From NCBI GenBank assembly GCA_905182175.1, contig CAJJAT010000016.1, forward strand, positions 1,202 to 65,201: 64,000 nt of DNA, read 5' to 3'. Positions 1-9,170 of this stretch are shown one piece after another (the stretch's first letter is position 1; every line of letters begins with the position of its first letter). Position numbers and translations under genes: made by a program. The notes beneath the pieces were generated by a model, which was not told the origin of the DNA, did not search any database, and saw nothing but the letters and a program-made list of their open reading frames with translations. The stretch is from Flavobacteriales bacterium UBA1494. Lineage in GTDB: Bacteria > Bacteroidota > Bacteroidia > Flavobacteriales_E > Vicingaceae.

Positions 1-227
1 ATTTGAGTATTCCAATTTCTGATTTTTTCGAGTAGTTCATCACCTGTCATGTCGTCCATGCTGTAATCTACTGTGATGAGCTGTGGGTTTAAATGTAAAT
101 TTTTTAAACACTCCTTACCTGATGCAAAACAAGTCACTTCGTAATCGGGATTTAACGATAGGTGATATTCTAATATTTGAGAATACCAAGGATCGTCATC
201 AACAACAAATATTTTATATGCACTCAA
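1..227 (-). CDS. Response regulator receiver (CheY-like REC) domain protein, N-terminal part only; the gene runs off the left window edge
   Basis: Not in the ORF track. Reverse-complement translation from a TTG at 227 gives LSAYKIFVVDDDPWYSQILEYHLSLNPDYEVTCFASGKECLKNLHLNPQLITVDYSMDDMTGDELLEKIRNWNTQ. This shows the acidic DDD pocket and the phospho-acceptor context ITVDYSM of REC domains. An in-frame TAA lies directly upstream of the TTG. The gene begins 52 bp downstream of the WecA-like stop. Confidence 0.6.
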   Translation of the reverse strand, partial: MSAYKIFVVDDDPWYSQILEYHLSLNPDYEVTCFASGKECLKNLHLNPQLITVDYSMDDMTGDELLEKIRNWNTQ

Positions 228-278
228 TTTTTCTTTTTTTTAGATTATTTTCCAATGTAAAGAAAAATTTTAAATATG

Positions 279-1364
279 TTACAACTGAACCAGTTTTTCA
301 TTTTTATTCAACTGTTTCTGCCATTCTGCCAGTATTTTATTCATTACAAGCACTTTCGAAATTAAGATTTGACTTAGGATTAATATCAAAATTGTTACTG
401 TTACAGAGGTGATTGAAGCTAAAATAACACCTGCAACGAGCAAGCTAAACTGTAAAATCACAATTTTAGTGACAACCTTATTGTGATTTTGGCCTGCATT
501 TAAAAATAAATGATGCATATGAGTTCTGTCTGCTTTTAAAATCGAATTTCCCTTGGAATATCGTTTTATAAATACTCGAATGGCATCGATTACAGGTACC
601 ATTAACACGCAGGTAATGAAGGTGAATATAAATTGCGAGTTAGCCATTCCATCTGTTCCTTGGAGTAGAATTATACTCACGAAAGTAAATAGAAAACCTA
701 GTGTCATAGAGCCCGCGTCACCCATAAAAATTTTTGCCGGGAATAGGTTGTGTTTTAAAAAGGCAAGTAACGCAGCAGAAACACCAAAGCAAAAGATTGA
801 AATGCCATCTAGACCCAAGCTAAGGGCAATTAAACCTAGCAAGGTAGACGTAACAAATCCAAGTGTTCCTGCCAAGCCGTCAACGCCGTCAATAAGGTTA
901 AATGCATTAGTTGATCCGACCAATACAACTACAGTAATGACATGTTGAAAACTTAATGATATTTCATAAATACCAAACATTCCAAACATGGATTCAATTC
1001 TAACTCCTGAAGCAGAAACAGCTATTGCAGCAGTTATTTGCGCAGTCAAACGCAACTTCACAGAAATGTCAAATCGGTCGTCCAAAACAGACACAATAAA
1101 AACTAAGAGCGCAGCGGTAAATGGAATTACAAAAGTTTGAAGAGATTCACGAAGTAATGGACTTAGAAATGAGGCAAGGGTAATTGCGCTTAGTATGCTT
1201 AGTCCTCCTACAAGTGGAATAGAACGTTGGTGTATTTTGCGATGGTTCGGATGATCTACCAATCCAACTGATCGGCTAAGTTTAGAAAAGTATTTTATAA
1301 ATAAATTAGTCATGATTACGCATCCCAAAATAAATACAGCCGATTGAATGTGTCTTGTTTCCAT
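279..1364 (-). CDS. Undecaprenyl-phosphate HexNAc-1-phosphate transferase (WecA/WbpL-like, MraY superfamily), the initiating transferase
   Basis: 361-aa multi-TM ORF with family signatures SVLDDRFD, NAFNLIDGVDGLAG and FMGDAGSMTLGF. Confidence 0.8.
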   Translation of the reverse strand: METRHIQSAVFILGCVIMTNLFIKYFSKLSRSVGLVDHPNHRKIHQRSIPLVGGLSILSAITLASFLSPLLRESLQTFVIPFTAALLVFIVSVLDDRFDISVKLRLTAQITAAIAVSASGVRIESMFGMFGIYEISLSFQHVITVVVLVGSTNAFNLIDGVDGLAGTLGFVTSTLLGLIALSLGLDGISIFCFGVSAALLAFLKHNLFPAKIFMGDAGSMTLGFLFTFVSIILLQGTDGMANSQFIFTFITCVLMVPVIDAIRVFIKRYSKGNSILKADRTHMHHLFLNAGQNHNKVVTKIVILQFSLLVAGVILASITSVTVTILILILSQILISKVLVMNKILAEWQKQLNKNEKLVQL

Positions 1365-1392
1365 AATATTTTATCTTAAGGTTGAAAGGTTC

Positions 1393-2598
1393 TTACTTTT
1401 CGTAGAAAAACTTTTGGTTCTGCAAATGAGATACTTCGTAGTTGATTAATTTTGAATTAGGCGTTTTACTGAGACGAGCTTTTACCGTTTGTTTCTTAGT
1501 CGTGCGCAACGATTTTTGAACTAAATAGTCATATTTATTAGCAATAGTTTTCCAAGTATATCGCTTATCTGCAATTTTCTTCATTGCTGTGCTGACGTTT
1601 TTTAATTCTCTTACAGAAGTCTTTTCAATTAATTTTATGAGTTCATTTCTAGTGCTAAAATACAAAGCTCTGTGCTCAGTTGTTGTTCTGTTGTAAGAAA
1701 CACCGAAGGCAATTACCGGTAATCCTAAATACATTGCTTCTACTAAAGAAGGATTCGTTCCGCCAGCACTATGACCGTGAACATATACCATAGCATTTGA
1801 GCGTAAAACGTCTAACTTTTTTTGGTCATAAATAGGGTCTAATAGAATAAGGTTGGTGTAATCCAAAAATTTGTCTTTTAATTCTCTACCGTAATCACTG
1901 CTGTTCCAATTACCAACTATTACAAGGGTGTATTTCTGCATCTCTGAGAAAGCTTCTAAAATTACATGAACGTTGTTTTCGGGTTCAATTCTACACACTT
2001 TAAAAGCGTAAGATTTTTTTAAAAAGGAGTATTGTTTTTTATCCTCAACAGTTGGTTTAATTTTTAAGGTATGGTCGGCACCATATTCAATAATCTGACT
2101 TAAACTTCCGTATCGTTGGGCGGTATAGTTTTGTATGCTTTCATTATCGGAAATATCAATGTGCGAGTATTTAACTGCTAGGCCCTCTGCCCACCATAAA
2201 TACCATTTAGCTAATTTATTCCATTTGTCACGCTTCCATTCAATGCCGTCAATAGAAACGATTATTCTTGTAGATGTGAACAAACGAATAAATGGAAAAA
2301 GCCAAGCTCCTGCAACGCCTAAAACCAACAATACGTCAGATTTAAATAGTGCATGAACGATAGAAATTGCATCGTAAATAATGCTTTGAATGCCATTCGC
2401 CTTGAAAGGTAAGTAAGTAAGTTTAGCGCCCTTGTAAGTTGCTTTTCTTTCTGATTTCGCATACTTTTTTCCAGAGCAATAAACGGTTATTTCGTAATCA
2501 TCAGTCGTGTGTTCTACCAGGCGTTCTGCAAGCGTTTCAAACCCACCGTAGCAAGCAGGTAAACCAACGGTTCCTATAATGGCTAATTTATTTTTCAT
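1393..2598 (-). CDS. Glycosyltransferase family 1 with DUF1972-type N-terminal domain
   Basis: 401 aa. The N-terminus KLAIIGTVGLPACYGGFETLAERL is typical of DUF1972 GTs (WchF/RgpA-like). The C-terminal GT1 motif is HGHSAGGTNPSLVEAMYLGLPVIA. Confidence 0.75.
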   Translation of the reverse strand: MKNKLAIIGTVGLPACYGGFETLAERLVEHTTDDYEITVYCSGKKYAKSERKATYKGAKLTYLPFKANGIQSIIYDAISIVHALFKSDVLLVLGVAGAWLFPFIRLFTSTRIIVSIDGIEWKRDKWNKLAKWYLWWAEGLAVKYSHIDISDNESIQNYTAQRYGSLSQIIEYGADHTLKIKPTVEDKKQYSFLKKSYAFKVCRIEPENNVHVILEAFSEMQKYTLVIVGNWNSSDYGRELKDKFLDYTNLILLDPIYDQKKLDVLRSNAMVYVHGHSAGGTNPSLVEAMYLGLPVIAFGVSYNRTTTEHRALYFSTRNELIKLIEKTSVRELKNVSTAMKKIADKRYTWKTIANKYDYLVQKSLRTTKKQTVKARLSKTPNSKLINYEVSHLQNQKFFYEK

Positions 2599-2748
2599 TC
2601 TATTCCAATTTATAGATAATATGCTAAGGTCATGCCTTGATTTGGTTTGTTTTTAATTAATTATAAATCAATAATTTAATTTTAAGGTATATTTTTTGTT
2701 TTCTAGATACAAGAGCGATATTCCGAAATTTGGAAAGATAAATTGTCC

Positions 2749-5115
2749 TTATACAAACTCATTTCGTGACAAAAACAACTTCCAATTGCGATTGAAATGT
2801 GCTTTTGTGAAGGCAGATAAGTATTGTTTTTGCGCCAATTGTCCCATAGTATGAATCAACGTTTTTTCTTGAATAAATTTCAAAATACTAGCTGCTAATT
2901 GAGCTGGTTTCCCCGGGTCTACTAATAGTCCACCGTTACTATCGCCAAGTGCTTCTTTTGCTCCACCATGGTTTGTTGCAATTACCGGTTTTCCTGCGCT
3001 CATAGCCTCTAAAACTGTTGTTGGAAAAGGATCTTTCATCATAGAAGGTACCAAACAAACATCCGCATCTTCCATCGCATCAGTTATGTTAGCAGTGAAT
3101 TTTTTAATGGTTATTACGTCTTCTAATCCTGCCATACGGATTTCTTTTTCCAAAACTTTTAACGAATCTTCTTTACCCGGAACAGCGCCTCCCATTAGGG
3201 TGAAATGTGCATTTTTAAGTTGCGCAATCGGAATCGTTTTCAGAGCATCTAGCAAGTACCATTGCCCTTTTTTTGCCATAATTCTTCCAAATAAATAGAA
3301 GTTTATTTGCTCACTAGTTTTTTTAGGTTGAACTACTATTTGATCAATACCATTGTGAATGACTATTGTTTTTTCTTGAATTGTTATCGAGTATTTCATA
3401 AGCCCTTTTTCCACTGCAGCAGAAACACACACTACTTTTTTAGCAAATAAGTTAGCCAAATTGGAGGTTAACCATCCAATGGCTTTTGGCGAATCGATGA
3501 TTTCATGCACATGTAAATACGATGAAACTTTAAGACCCTTCAAAAAGATAAGGATAAACGAAGTACTCAAAGTATTGACATAGGCTGAACTGAATTTCTG
3601 CTGTTTATTCTGTTTGCGAAGAAATAGGGCAAAACGAATTAATTCAGTTATAAAAGTAAAGATGCCTTTTGGGTTAAATATACCGCGATAAATAATTGGC
3701 AAAAATGAAACTACCTTCACTTTTGTATTCGTTGTATTCTTTTTAATATAGTTGAGCAAAGGACCTTTAAATTTCAAATACACTACCTTTTGTGTTTCAA
3801 TTGGAAAGGCATTAATGGCATTTACCAAAATGCGATCTGCACCATACAATTCTGAAGAGGGGTGAAAAATTGCTACGGATTTCTGTACCTTCTTGTAAGC
3901 AGTTTTTATTTGGGTTCCCTTAATCTCCCACGTAAAATTTTCTTTAAAATGTTTTTTTGATGCATCAGAAAATGCTTGAAAAGCTCCTTTATCTTCAGAA
4001 ATAGATTTAAGTTTTTCTGCTAACAACGATACTGTTGTAGAGTAATCGGTTGCGTCAACTTTCAATCCTGCAGTTCCCGCCAATTCGCCCGGTCCAAAAT
4101 TGTTTAAAGTAATTACCGGTAAGCCATAACTCATCGCCTCAGGTATTACCATTCCAGCACCTTCATGCGAAGGGAAAAGAAATGCATTTGCTTCTAAATA
4201 CAATTGCTTCATTTCAGAACGATCTACCCATTCTATCCATTTTATTTTGTGGTTAATTTTTAAGTCAATGGCCAATTGTGTCAAACGACTTTTTTCCTCT
4301 CCACTTCCCACCAATAAGAGTTGAGCGTTCTTTTGAACTCTATTTTTAAGGGAATGATAATAACTTGCAAAAGCACGAATGGTTAAATCGAAACCTTTCA
4401 AGTAATTGAATCTGCCAACAGACAATACAATAAACGATTCAGCATTTTGCTTTACTGTTGAAGTTGGGGTTTCGGTTGCAACAGAAGGGACAATTACTAC
4501 TTTGTTTTGAGGAGCTTTCATCGCCTCAGCTATGCTAGAATTAATAACAAATATGGTATCAACATTCCTCACTGCTAATTTAAAAAATGGGTCTACATTT
4601 CTTAGTAACCATTTGAATAAATTGTAAGTACGATCTTTTAGGAATGTTTTTTTTCCATAAAAAGGGAGTATAAATTGTTTCGAAACTTTTGCATGATGAC
4701 CAACTGGGCCCCACATGGTTGGCTTTCCCAAAGTCCATAAAAAGGTAGGAACGCTGTCGCTGTGAAAATTCAATGCATGAGCAATGTCAAATTTCAATTT
4801 TTTACTCTTAACAAATAAGGGTAAAAATAATTGCCAGAAATAATAATAAAGTACGTATCCTCGTTCGCCACTTCTTTTTTTCAACCACATGGCCCAAGCC
4901 GGTAAATCATATCCAATAAAAACAGTGCTGGCATGAATGTCCTCAGAAAAATTTTGTAAATACTTCTCTATGTGTGGAATGTTGTTTTTTCGTGTAATTA
5001 CAATCGCATGGTTATCTTTTGCAATTTCTCTGCTAATGTTCCATCCTGTTCCATCTTCAGATCCTTTGTATGGATTTACTGCGTAAGCTGAAATAAGTAC
5101 CGTACTAATTGACAT
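2749..5115 (-). CDS. Fused double glycosyltransferase (two GT1/GT4 modules in one 788-aa protein)
   Basis: Two separate GT1 donor-binding motifs: SHEGAGMVIPEAMSYGLPVI in the first half and MKDPFPTTVLEAMSAGKPVIATNHGG in the second half. Confidence 0.7.
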   Translation of the reverse strand: MSISTVLISAYAVNPYKGSEDGTGWNISREIAKDNHAIVITRKNNIPHIEKYLQNFSEDIHASTVFIGYDLPAWAMWLKKRSGERGYVLYYYFWQLFLPLFVKSKKLKFDIAHALNFHSDSVPTFLWTLGKPTMWGPVGHHAKVSKQFILPFYGKKTFLKDRTYNLFKWLLRNVDPFFKLAVRNVDTIFVINSSIAEAMKAPQNKVVIVPSVATETPTSTVKQNAESFIVLSVGRFNYLKGFDLTIRAFASYYHSLKNRVQKNAQLLLVGSGEEKSRLTQLAIDLKINHKIKWIEWVDRSEMKQLYLEANAFLFPSHEGAGMVIPEAMSYGLPVITLNNFGPGELAGTAGLKVDATDYSTTVSLLAEKLKSISEDKGAFQAFSDASKKHFKENFTWEIKGTQIKTAYKKVQKSVAIFHPSSELYGADRILVNAINAFPIETQKVVYLKFKGPLLNYIKKNTTNTKVKVVSFLPIIYRGIFNPKGIFTFITELIRFALFLRKQNKQQKFSSAYVNTLSTSFILIFLKGLKVSSYLHVHEIIDSPKAIGWLTSNLANLFAKKVVCVSAAVEKGLMKYSITIQEKTIVIHNGIDQIVVQPKKTSEQINFYLFGRIMAKKGQWYLLDALKTIPIAQLKNAHFTLMGGAVPGKEDSLKVLEKEIRMAGLEDVITIKKFTANITDAMEDADVCLVPSMMKDPFPTTVLEAMSAGKPVIATNHGGAKEALGDSNGGLLVDPGKPAQLAASILKFIQEKTLIHTMGQLAQKQYLSAFTKAHFNRNWKLFLSRNEFV

Positions 5116-5139
5116 GGATTTTAGTTTTTTGAAGATTTT

Positions 5140-7773
5140 TTAAGCCACAATGGCTACTTCTTTTAATACTGCAGCAACGGTGTTGTCGAGTTTATTATTT
5201 TCAATACAAGTGTATCTCGACTTTTTAGAATTTAGCTTTAACGCATCAAAAAGAGAGGTATAACTTCTGTTCATTTCGTAAATGTCTGCTGCATTTAATT
5301 CTTGCTTTCTAGTTAAAATTGTTTCTACGGTAGCGTATAAGAATATGTTCAATTTTGGCTTCATTACAAAACAGTAAAGAGCAGTGGCTACTTTTTTATT
5401 GACTTTAATATTAGTTCGCTTTGCGTCGTTTATGAAGTCGAAATAGTAACGATCGTATACTACAATTTTACCTCTCAAAATGTATTTTACGTACACATAT
5501 ACTTGGCCTATTAAATAGTCTAAATAGTAATACGCAAATCGCAAAGCAGAAGAAATGTAGCTTTTATTCTTCCCTTTCCGAGGAAGAACTTTACCAGCAA
5601 TTTTTTCCGCTTTAACTTTGCCATGTTTAATAGCGCTAAGGATAGGTAAAATACCTGGTCTGTGTCTCAAAACAACGACTTCTTTTCTATATTTCTTCTC
5701 AATAGTTTTCTTTACAATACCTATAATCGTAGACTTCCCTGCACCATCAACTCCGCTAAAAGTTACCATGAAACCTCGGTTATAAATAATGTCATTTATT
5801 GTATCTTTTATATAATTCAACTTGCCCTTTAATTTTTCTGAATTAGCAGTTGACTGCAGAGTAGCTTTAAGTGCTTTCTTTCCCTCTTTTCCCTCTGTAA
5901 ATACTTTTTCAAGACTAATAAATGTTGTGCCAAAAGTTGTATTCAAATAATTTATAGCTTCTTGTATCTTGTCTTTAGAAAAATGTTTGTGGTATCTAAT
6001 GGGGATGGCGGAATCATTCAAGGTGTAAAAGGCGTAAGTGTAAGCTAAATCGTGCTTTAAATTAGGAACCACAACTCCTTTTTTAGAGTTACGTCTGCCG
6101 GTCAACAATTCTTTGATTGATAACATGGTTTTATCTTTCCTTTTGAATTGATGAATTAAATCAACACTTAAGAAACCATCATTTATCAAATGAATTTCGA
6201 AAATGCTCATGAAGCTTTTCTTTCGAAAGTTTAATCTCCTTACCAGAGGACTTTTCTCACAGAAATCAATTACTTCTTGCACTCCTGTTTTATCGATTGC
6301 AATGTCTAGGTCAGAAGTTTCAGGAACCTCAATTAAATTGTTGTAATCAAACTTTAAATAAGCATGAGGAATTTTCTCTAACGCATTATTTAAATCTAAC
6401 ATGAAGTGCTGTCTGCAATCTTTCCCGGTTCTCAATAAATGAAATTCCTTGTTTAGCGCACCGGACCAAGTATTAATCTGCCATTGATTCTGACTGCTGA
6501 TTTCTTGCTGTTCGAAAACTTCAATAAAATAACTAATAATGCTGAGCAGATACAATCTATTGTAAAGTTGAATGTCAAGTTCTGTTTCTAAAATTAAATG
6601 ACGCAATACTGTTATTTGAAAGGTACTATCCAACTGCATTTGAATGGTATCTAAGGAGGAGTAATCCATTAAAATTCCTTTCTGATAATGAAAGTGGAAA
6701 AGATCAAATAATGCCGGAGCTTGATCTTTAAATAACTCCCAATCGTACAAGGCAATTTTATTATCGGTAATTACCATGTTCCAAGGAGTGAAATCGCCAT
6801 GTGCCCAATGCGTGCAAATATCAATTCGTTCGTCTATCAACTTAATTACTTTTCTACCTAATTGACCCAATTTTGAGAGTTGAGGGTTTGCATAAAACCT
6901 ACTCAACTCAAATGACGTTTTAGTTTTGAACCAAAATTCGCAATTCATAAGCTTAGTCTTTTTTATGTTTTTTGTAAAATTGTCGGCAATAAATTGTGCA
7001 TGAATTGTTTTAAATTCATCTGTTCTAATGGAATTGTTCTTCTGTAAATTCTCCATGAGTAGTGTATCTCTGTTTTTTGTTAAAAAAAAATCAGGAACCT
7101 TTAAAAGAGGTGTGGAGATAGAACGTAAACTTAAAATAGCTTCCTTCTCGTGTTTTATTAATTGAGCAGAAGCTTTATTGGTAGGAATTTTTAAGAATTG
7201 AGTAACTTCATTTTTTACAATAAGGGCTACTAAAATAGAGCGTTGTAAGCCAGGAGTTCCCATAAAAATACTGTAATCTGTGCACAAATTAGCTATTGAA
7301 TTATCTAGCTTAATTGACTTTTTGCTGTAAATTTTTATTGAACCTGATGTCACTAATTTTTGCAACCCTAGTTGAGAACAAAGTCGTATTGCTTTGGCGA
7401 TTAGTTTACCTCTTCTGCCGGAAGCATTGTAAAAAGACAAGACACTTTTAAGGTTGGCCCCTTGATACAACCAACGCATATGTCCTTTCGGCTGATTAAT
7501 GTAGTTTAAAGATTTATAATTGAATTCTCTCGTTACTTCCGCTTTTCCAAAGTCAAGTATTAAATCAAATGTCTCTAAAGGCATTCCTTTGTACTCAATT
7601 AGTTTCCCGCCAAGGTTCACTAAAATTTGATTTTCGCCATTGGTTAATGTTTCTTCTCCCTTCTTGTATTTTAGTTTATTGTAAGGGTCAAAAAAATAAG
7701 GGACTACCGGCTTTTCGATAAATAGTTTAATCAGTTGTTCGATGTCGCTATAACGGATTGAGTTTTTTTTCAT
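5140..7773 (-). CDS. 877-aa multidomain protein: APH/choline-kinase-like phosphotransferase, central NTase-like segment, and C-terminal thymidylate-kinase-like P-loop module
   Basis: Catalytic-loop-like WAHGDFTPWNMV followed by ALYDWE (nt about 6700-6810). Acidic motif ETSDLDIAID (nt about 6295-6320). C-terminal 211 aa carry the Walker A VTFSGVDGAGKSTI and VVYDRYYFD (nt 5143-5775). It is the first gene after a strong terminator. Confidence 0.6.
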   Translation of the reverse strand: MKKNSIRYSDIEQLIKLFIEKPVVPYFFDPYNKLKYKKGEETLTNGENQILVNLGGKLIEYKGMPLETFDLILDFGKAEVTREFNYKSLNYINQPKGHMRWLYQGANLKSVLSFYNASGRRGKLIAKAIRLCSQLGLQKLVTSGSIKIYSKKSIKLDNSIANLCTDYSIFMGTPGLQRSILVALIVKNEVTQFLKIPTNKASAQLIKHEKEAILSLRSISTPLLKVPDFFLTKNRDTLLMENLQKNNSIRTDEFKTIHAQFIADNFTKNIKKTKLMNCEFWFKTKTSFELSRFYANPQLSKLGQLGRKVIKLIDERIDICTHWAHGDFTPWNMVITDNKIALYDWELFKDQAPALFDLFHFHYQKGILMDYSSLDTIQMQLDSTFQITVLRHLILETELDIQLYNRLYLLSIISYFIEVFEQQEISSQNQWQINTWSGALNKEFHLLRTGKDCRQHFMLDLNNALEKIPHAYLKFDYNNLIEVPETSDLDIAIDKTGVQEVIDFCEKSPLVRRLNFRKKSFMSIFEIHLINDGFLSVDLIHQFKRKDKTMLSIKELLTGRRNSKKGVVVPNLKHDLAYTYAFYTLNDSAIPIRYHKHFSKDKIQEAINYLNTTFGTTFISLEKVFTEGKEGKKALKATLQSTANSEKLKGKLNYIKDTINDIIYNRGFMVTFSGVDGAGKSTIIGIVKKTIEKKYRKEVVVLRHRPGILPILSAIKHGKVKAEKIAGKVLPRKGKNKSYISSALRFAYYYLDYLIGQVYVYVKYILRGKIVVYDRYYFDFINDAKRTNIKVNKKVATALYCFVMKPKLNIFLYATVETILTRKQELNAADIYEMNRSYTSLFDALKLNSKKSRYTCIENNKLDNTVAAVLKEVAIVA

Positions 7774-7916
7774 GATAGTGAATATTTATCGGTTACCTAT
7801 CCATATGTGAAACTCGTGCCATGTCTGTTTTTGTAGATTAATTATTTGTATTTTAGTTTCTTAGTTGCGTATTTGTCTGGTGTTATAGATCTTATTTTCC
7901 AGATAGCAAACATGAA

Positions 7917-7935
7917 TTCCAAAATATGGAATTGG
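7917..7935 (-). promoter_or_regulatory. Candidate cis-regulatory element ttccaaaatatggaattgg upstream of the second EPS transcription unit
   Basis: 18 of 19 nt identical to 16446-16464, which lies upstream of the first EPS unit. It contains the dyad AATTCC-N7-GGAATT (7915-7933). A shared ttattttcca sits at 7892-7901. The element lies 144-162 bp upstream of the ATG at 7773. Confidence 0.35.
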
Positions 7936-8032
7936 CCTTTCTGCTAACTTCATCCGCAATTAAATGAAATTCTCTAAACCTTGTAGTTTATTCTGGCTTG
8001 CTTCTCTACCTTGTAATGGATGTAAAAAGTGC

Positions 8033-8067
8033 AAAAAAAAAGTGGGTCAATTGACCCACCTTTTTTT
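8033..8067. terminator. Bidirectional intrinsic terminator after galE
   Basis: Perfect palindrome gtgggtcaattgacccac (8042-8059) flanked by an A-run (8033-8041) and a T-run (8061-8067). Read on the minus strand it is a hairpin plus U-tract just after the galE stop at 8082. Confidence 0.8.
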
Positions 8068-8081
8068 GAAATATTTTTTGT

Positions 8082-9116
8082 CTAGGCAGCTTCGGCTTTT
8101 GTTTCGTGCAGACCTTTTTCCCATTGCCAAGCGTGCTTTAGAGCATCTCCAAGGGTGTATTTTAAATCCCACTTCAAGGTTAAAGAAGCTTTGCTGCAAT
8201 CGGCATAAATAGATTCAATATCCCCGGCTCTTCTGTTTGTATATTTTACACGGAGATCGATTCCACTTACTTTTTCAAAAGTGTTAATCACTTCTAGTAC
8301 ACTGTGTCCTTCTCCTGTGCCAATGTTGTACACATCTGTTTTACGATTAGACAAAAGTCTGGTTAGTGCCGCAATATGTGCTTTTGCTAGGTCTAAAACA
8401 TGAATATAGTCTCGGATACAAGTGCCATCTTGCGTATTATAATCCGTGCCAAATACCTTCAAAGAATCTCGTTGACCAATTGCTGTTTGCGTTAAATACG
8501 GAATTAAATTCTGAGGTACACCAATTGGTAATTCACCAATGAGACCGCTTGGGTGAGCACCAACGGGATTAAAGTAGCGAAGTATTATGGCGCCTGTTTC
8601 TAGCTGTTCTCTAATCATTTTCTCTCCCAATTGTTTTGTTTCACCATAGGGGGAAGTAGCTGGCTTTAAATTGCAGTCCTCCGTTACCGGTAGCTGTTCG
8701 GCAGCGCCATAAACTGTTGCTGAAGATGAAAAGACCAAATCAGGAATGTTGAATTTCTCTTTAAGGTTGATGATGGTTTGTAAGGAATTTAAGTTGTTTT
8801 TGTAATACATCTCTGGTTGTTCTATGGACTCATTCACTGATTTTAAAGCTGCAAAATGAATTATACCAATGATTTGACCGAGCTTCAAAAATAGTTGCTC
8901 CATCTTTTCTTCATCGCAACAATCAATATGAAAACATTGTAAACCTTTTGAAGTCAATCGTTTTATGCGGTCAAAAATCCAAGGTTGGGAATTTGAAAAG
9001 TTATCTACAATGATTGGCTCGTAGCCAACATTCCACAATTCTACAACAGTGTGTGATCCGATAAACCCAGCGCCTCCGGTTACTATTATTTTTGGTCTGT
9101 GTTCTTGATTTTTCAT
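8082..9116 (-). CDS. galE: UDP-glucose 4-epimerase
   Basis: 344 aa. Rossmann motif TGGAGFIGSHT, catalytic SPYGETK (YxxxK), and full-length SDR-extended epimerase layout. Confidence 0.85.
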   Translation of the reverse strand: MKNQEHRPKIIVTGGAGFIGSHTVVELWNVGYEPIIVDNFSNSQPWIFDRIKRLTSKGLQCFHIDCCDEEKMEQLFLKLGQIIGIIHFAALKSVNESIEQPEMYYKNNLNSLQTIINLKEKFNIPDLVFSSSATVYGAAEQLPVTEDCNLKPATSPYGETKQLGEKMIREQLETGAIILRYFNPVGAHPSGLIGELPIGVPQNLIPYLTQTAIGQRDSLKVFGTDYNTQDGTCIRDYIHVLDLAKAHIAALTRLLSNRKTDVYNIGTGEGHSVLEVINTFEKVSGIDLRVKYTNRRAGDIESIYADCSKASLTLKWDLKYTLGDALKHAWQWEKGLHETKAEAA

Positions 9117-9170
9117 AATTAGAGTGGATTAGTGATCGTTTAAATAGGTTACATTATTTTGCATCTACTG

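Noticed and set aside
83-412. 109-aa plus-strand ORF from the track
   Set aside because: It lies antisense to the REC gene (1-227) and the 3' end of the WecA-like gene. It has low-complexity, hydrophobic-poor composition and no motif. The opposite strand has clear family signatures.
553-948. 131-aa plus-strand ORF inside the WecA-like gene. Many similar antisense ORFs fall in the same class (2135-2356, 3086-3298, 9226-9492, 10677-10874, 14125-14355, 18155-18442, 23025-23213, 23491-23784, 25591-25800, 29220-29661, 31641-31877, 32367-32555, 33328-33806, 38205-38683, 39385-39567, 41146-41370, 44395-44736, 45312-45503, 49013-49329, 50671-50862, 51544-51726, 53402-54520, 56415-56636, 57431-58952, 61683-61940, 62442-62949)
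   Set aside because: All are fully embedded antisense (or out of frame) within longer ORFs that carry recognisable family motifs. They are typical shadow ORFs.
7964-8212. 82-aa plus-strand ORF
   Set aside because: It spans the galE terminator hairpin and runs antisense into the galE 3' end. Its Cys/Lys-rich sequence is an artefact of the A/T runs.
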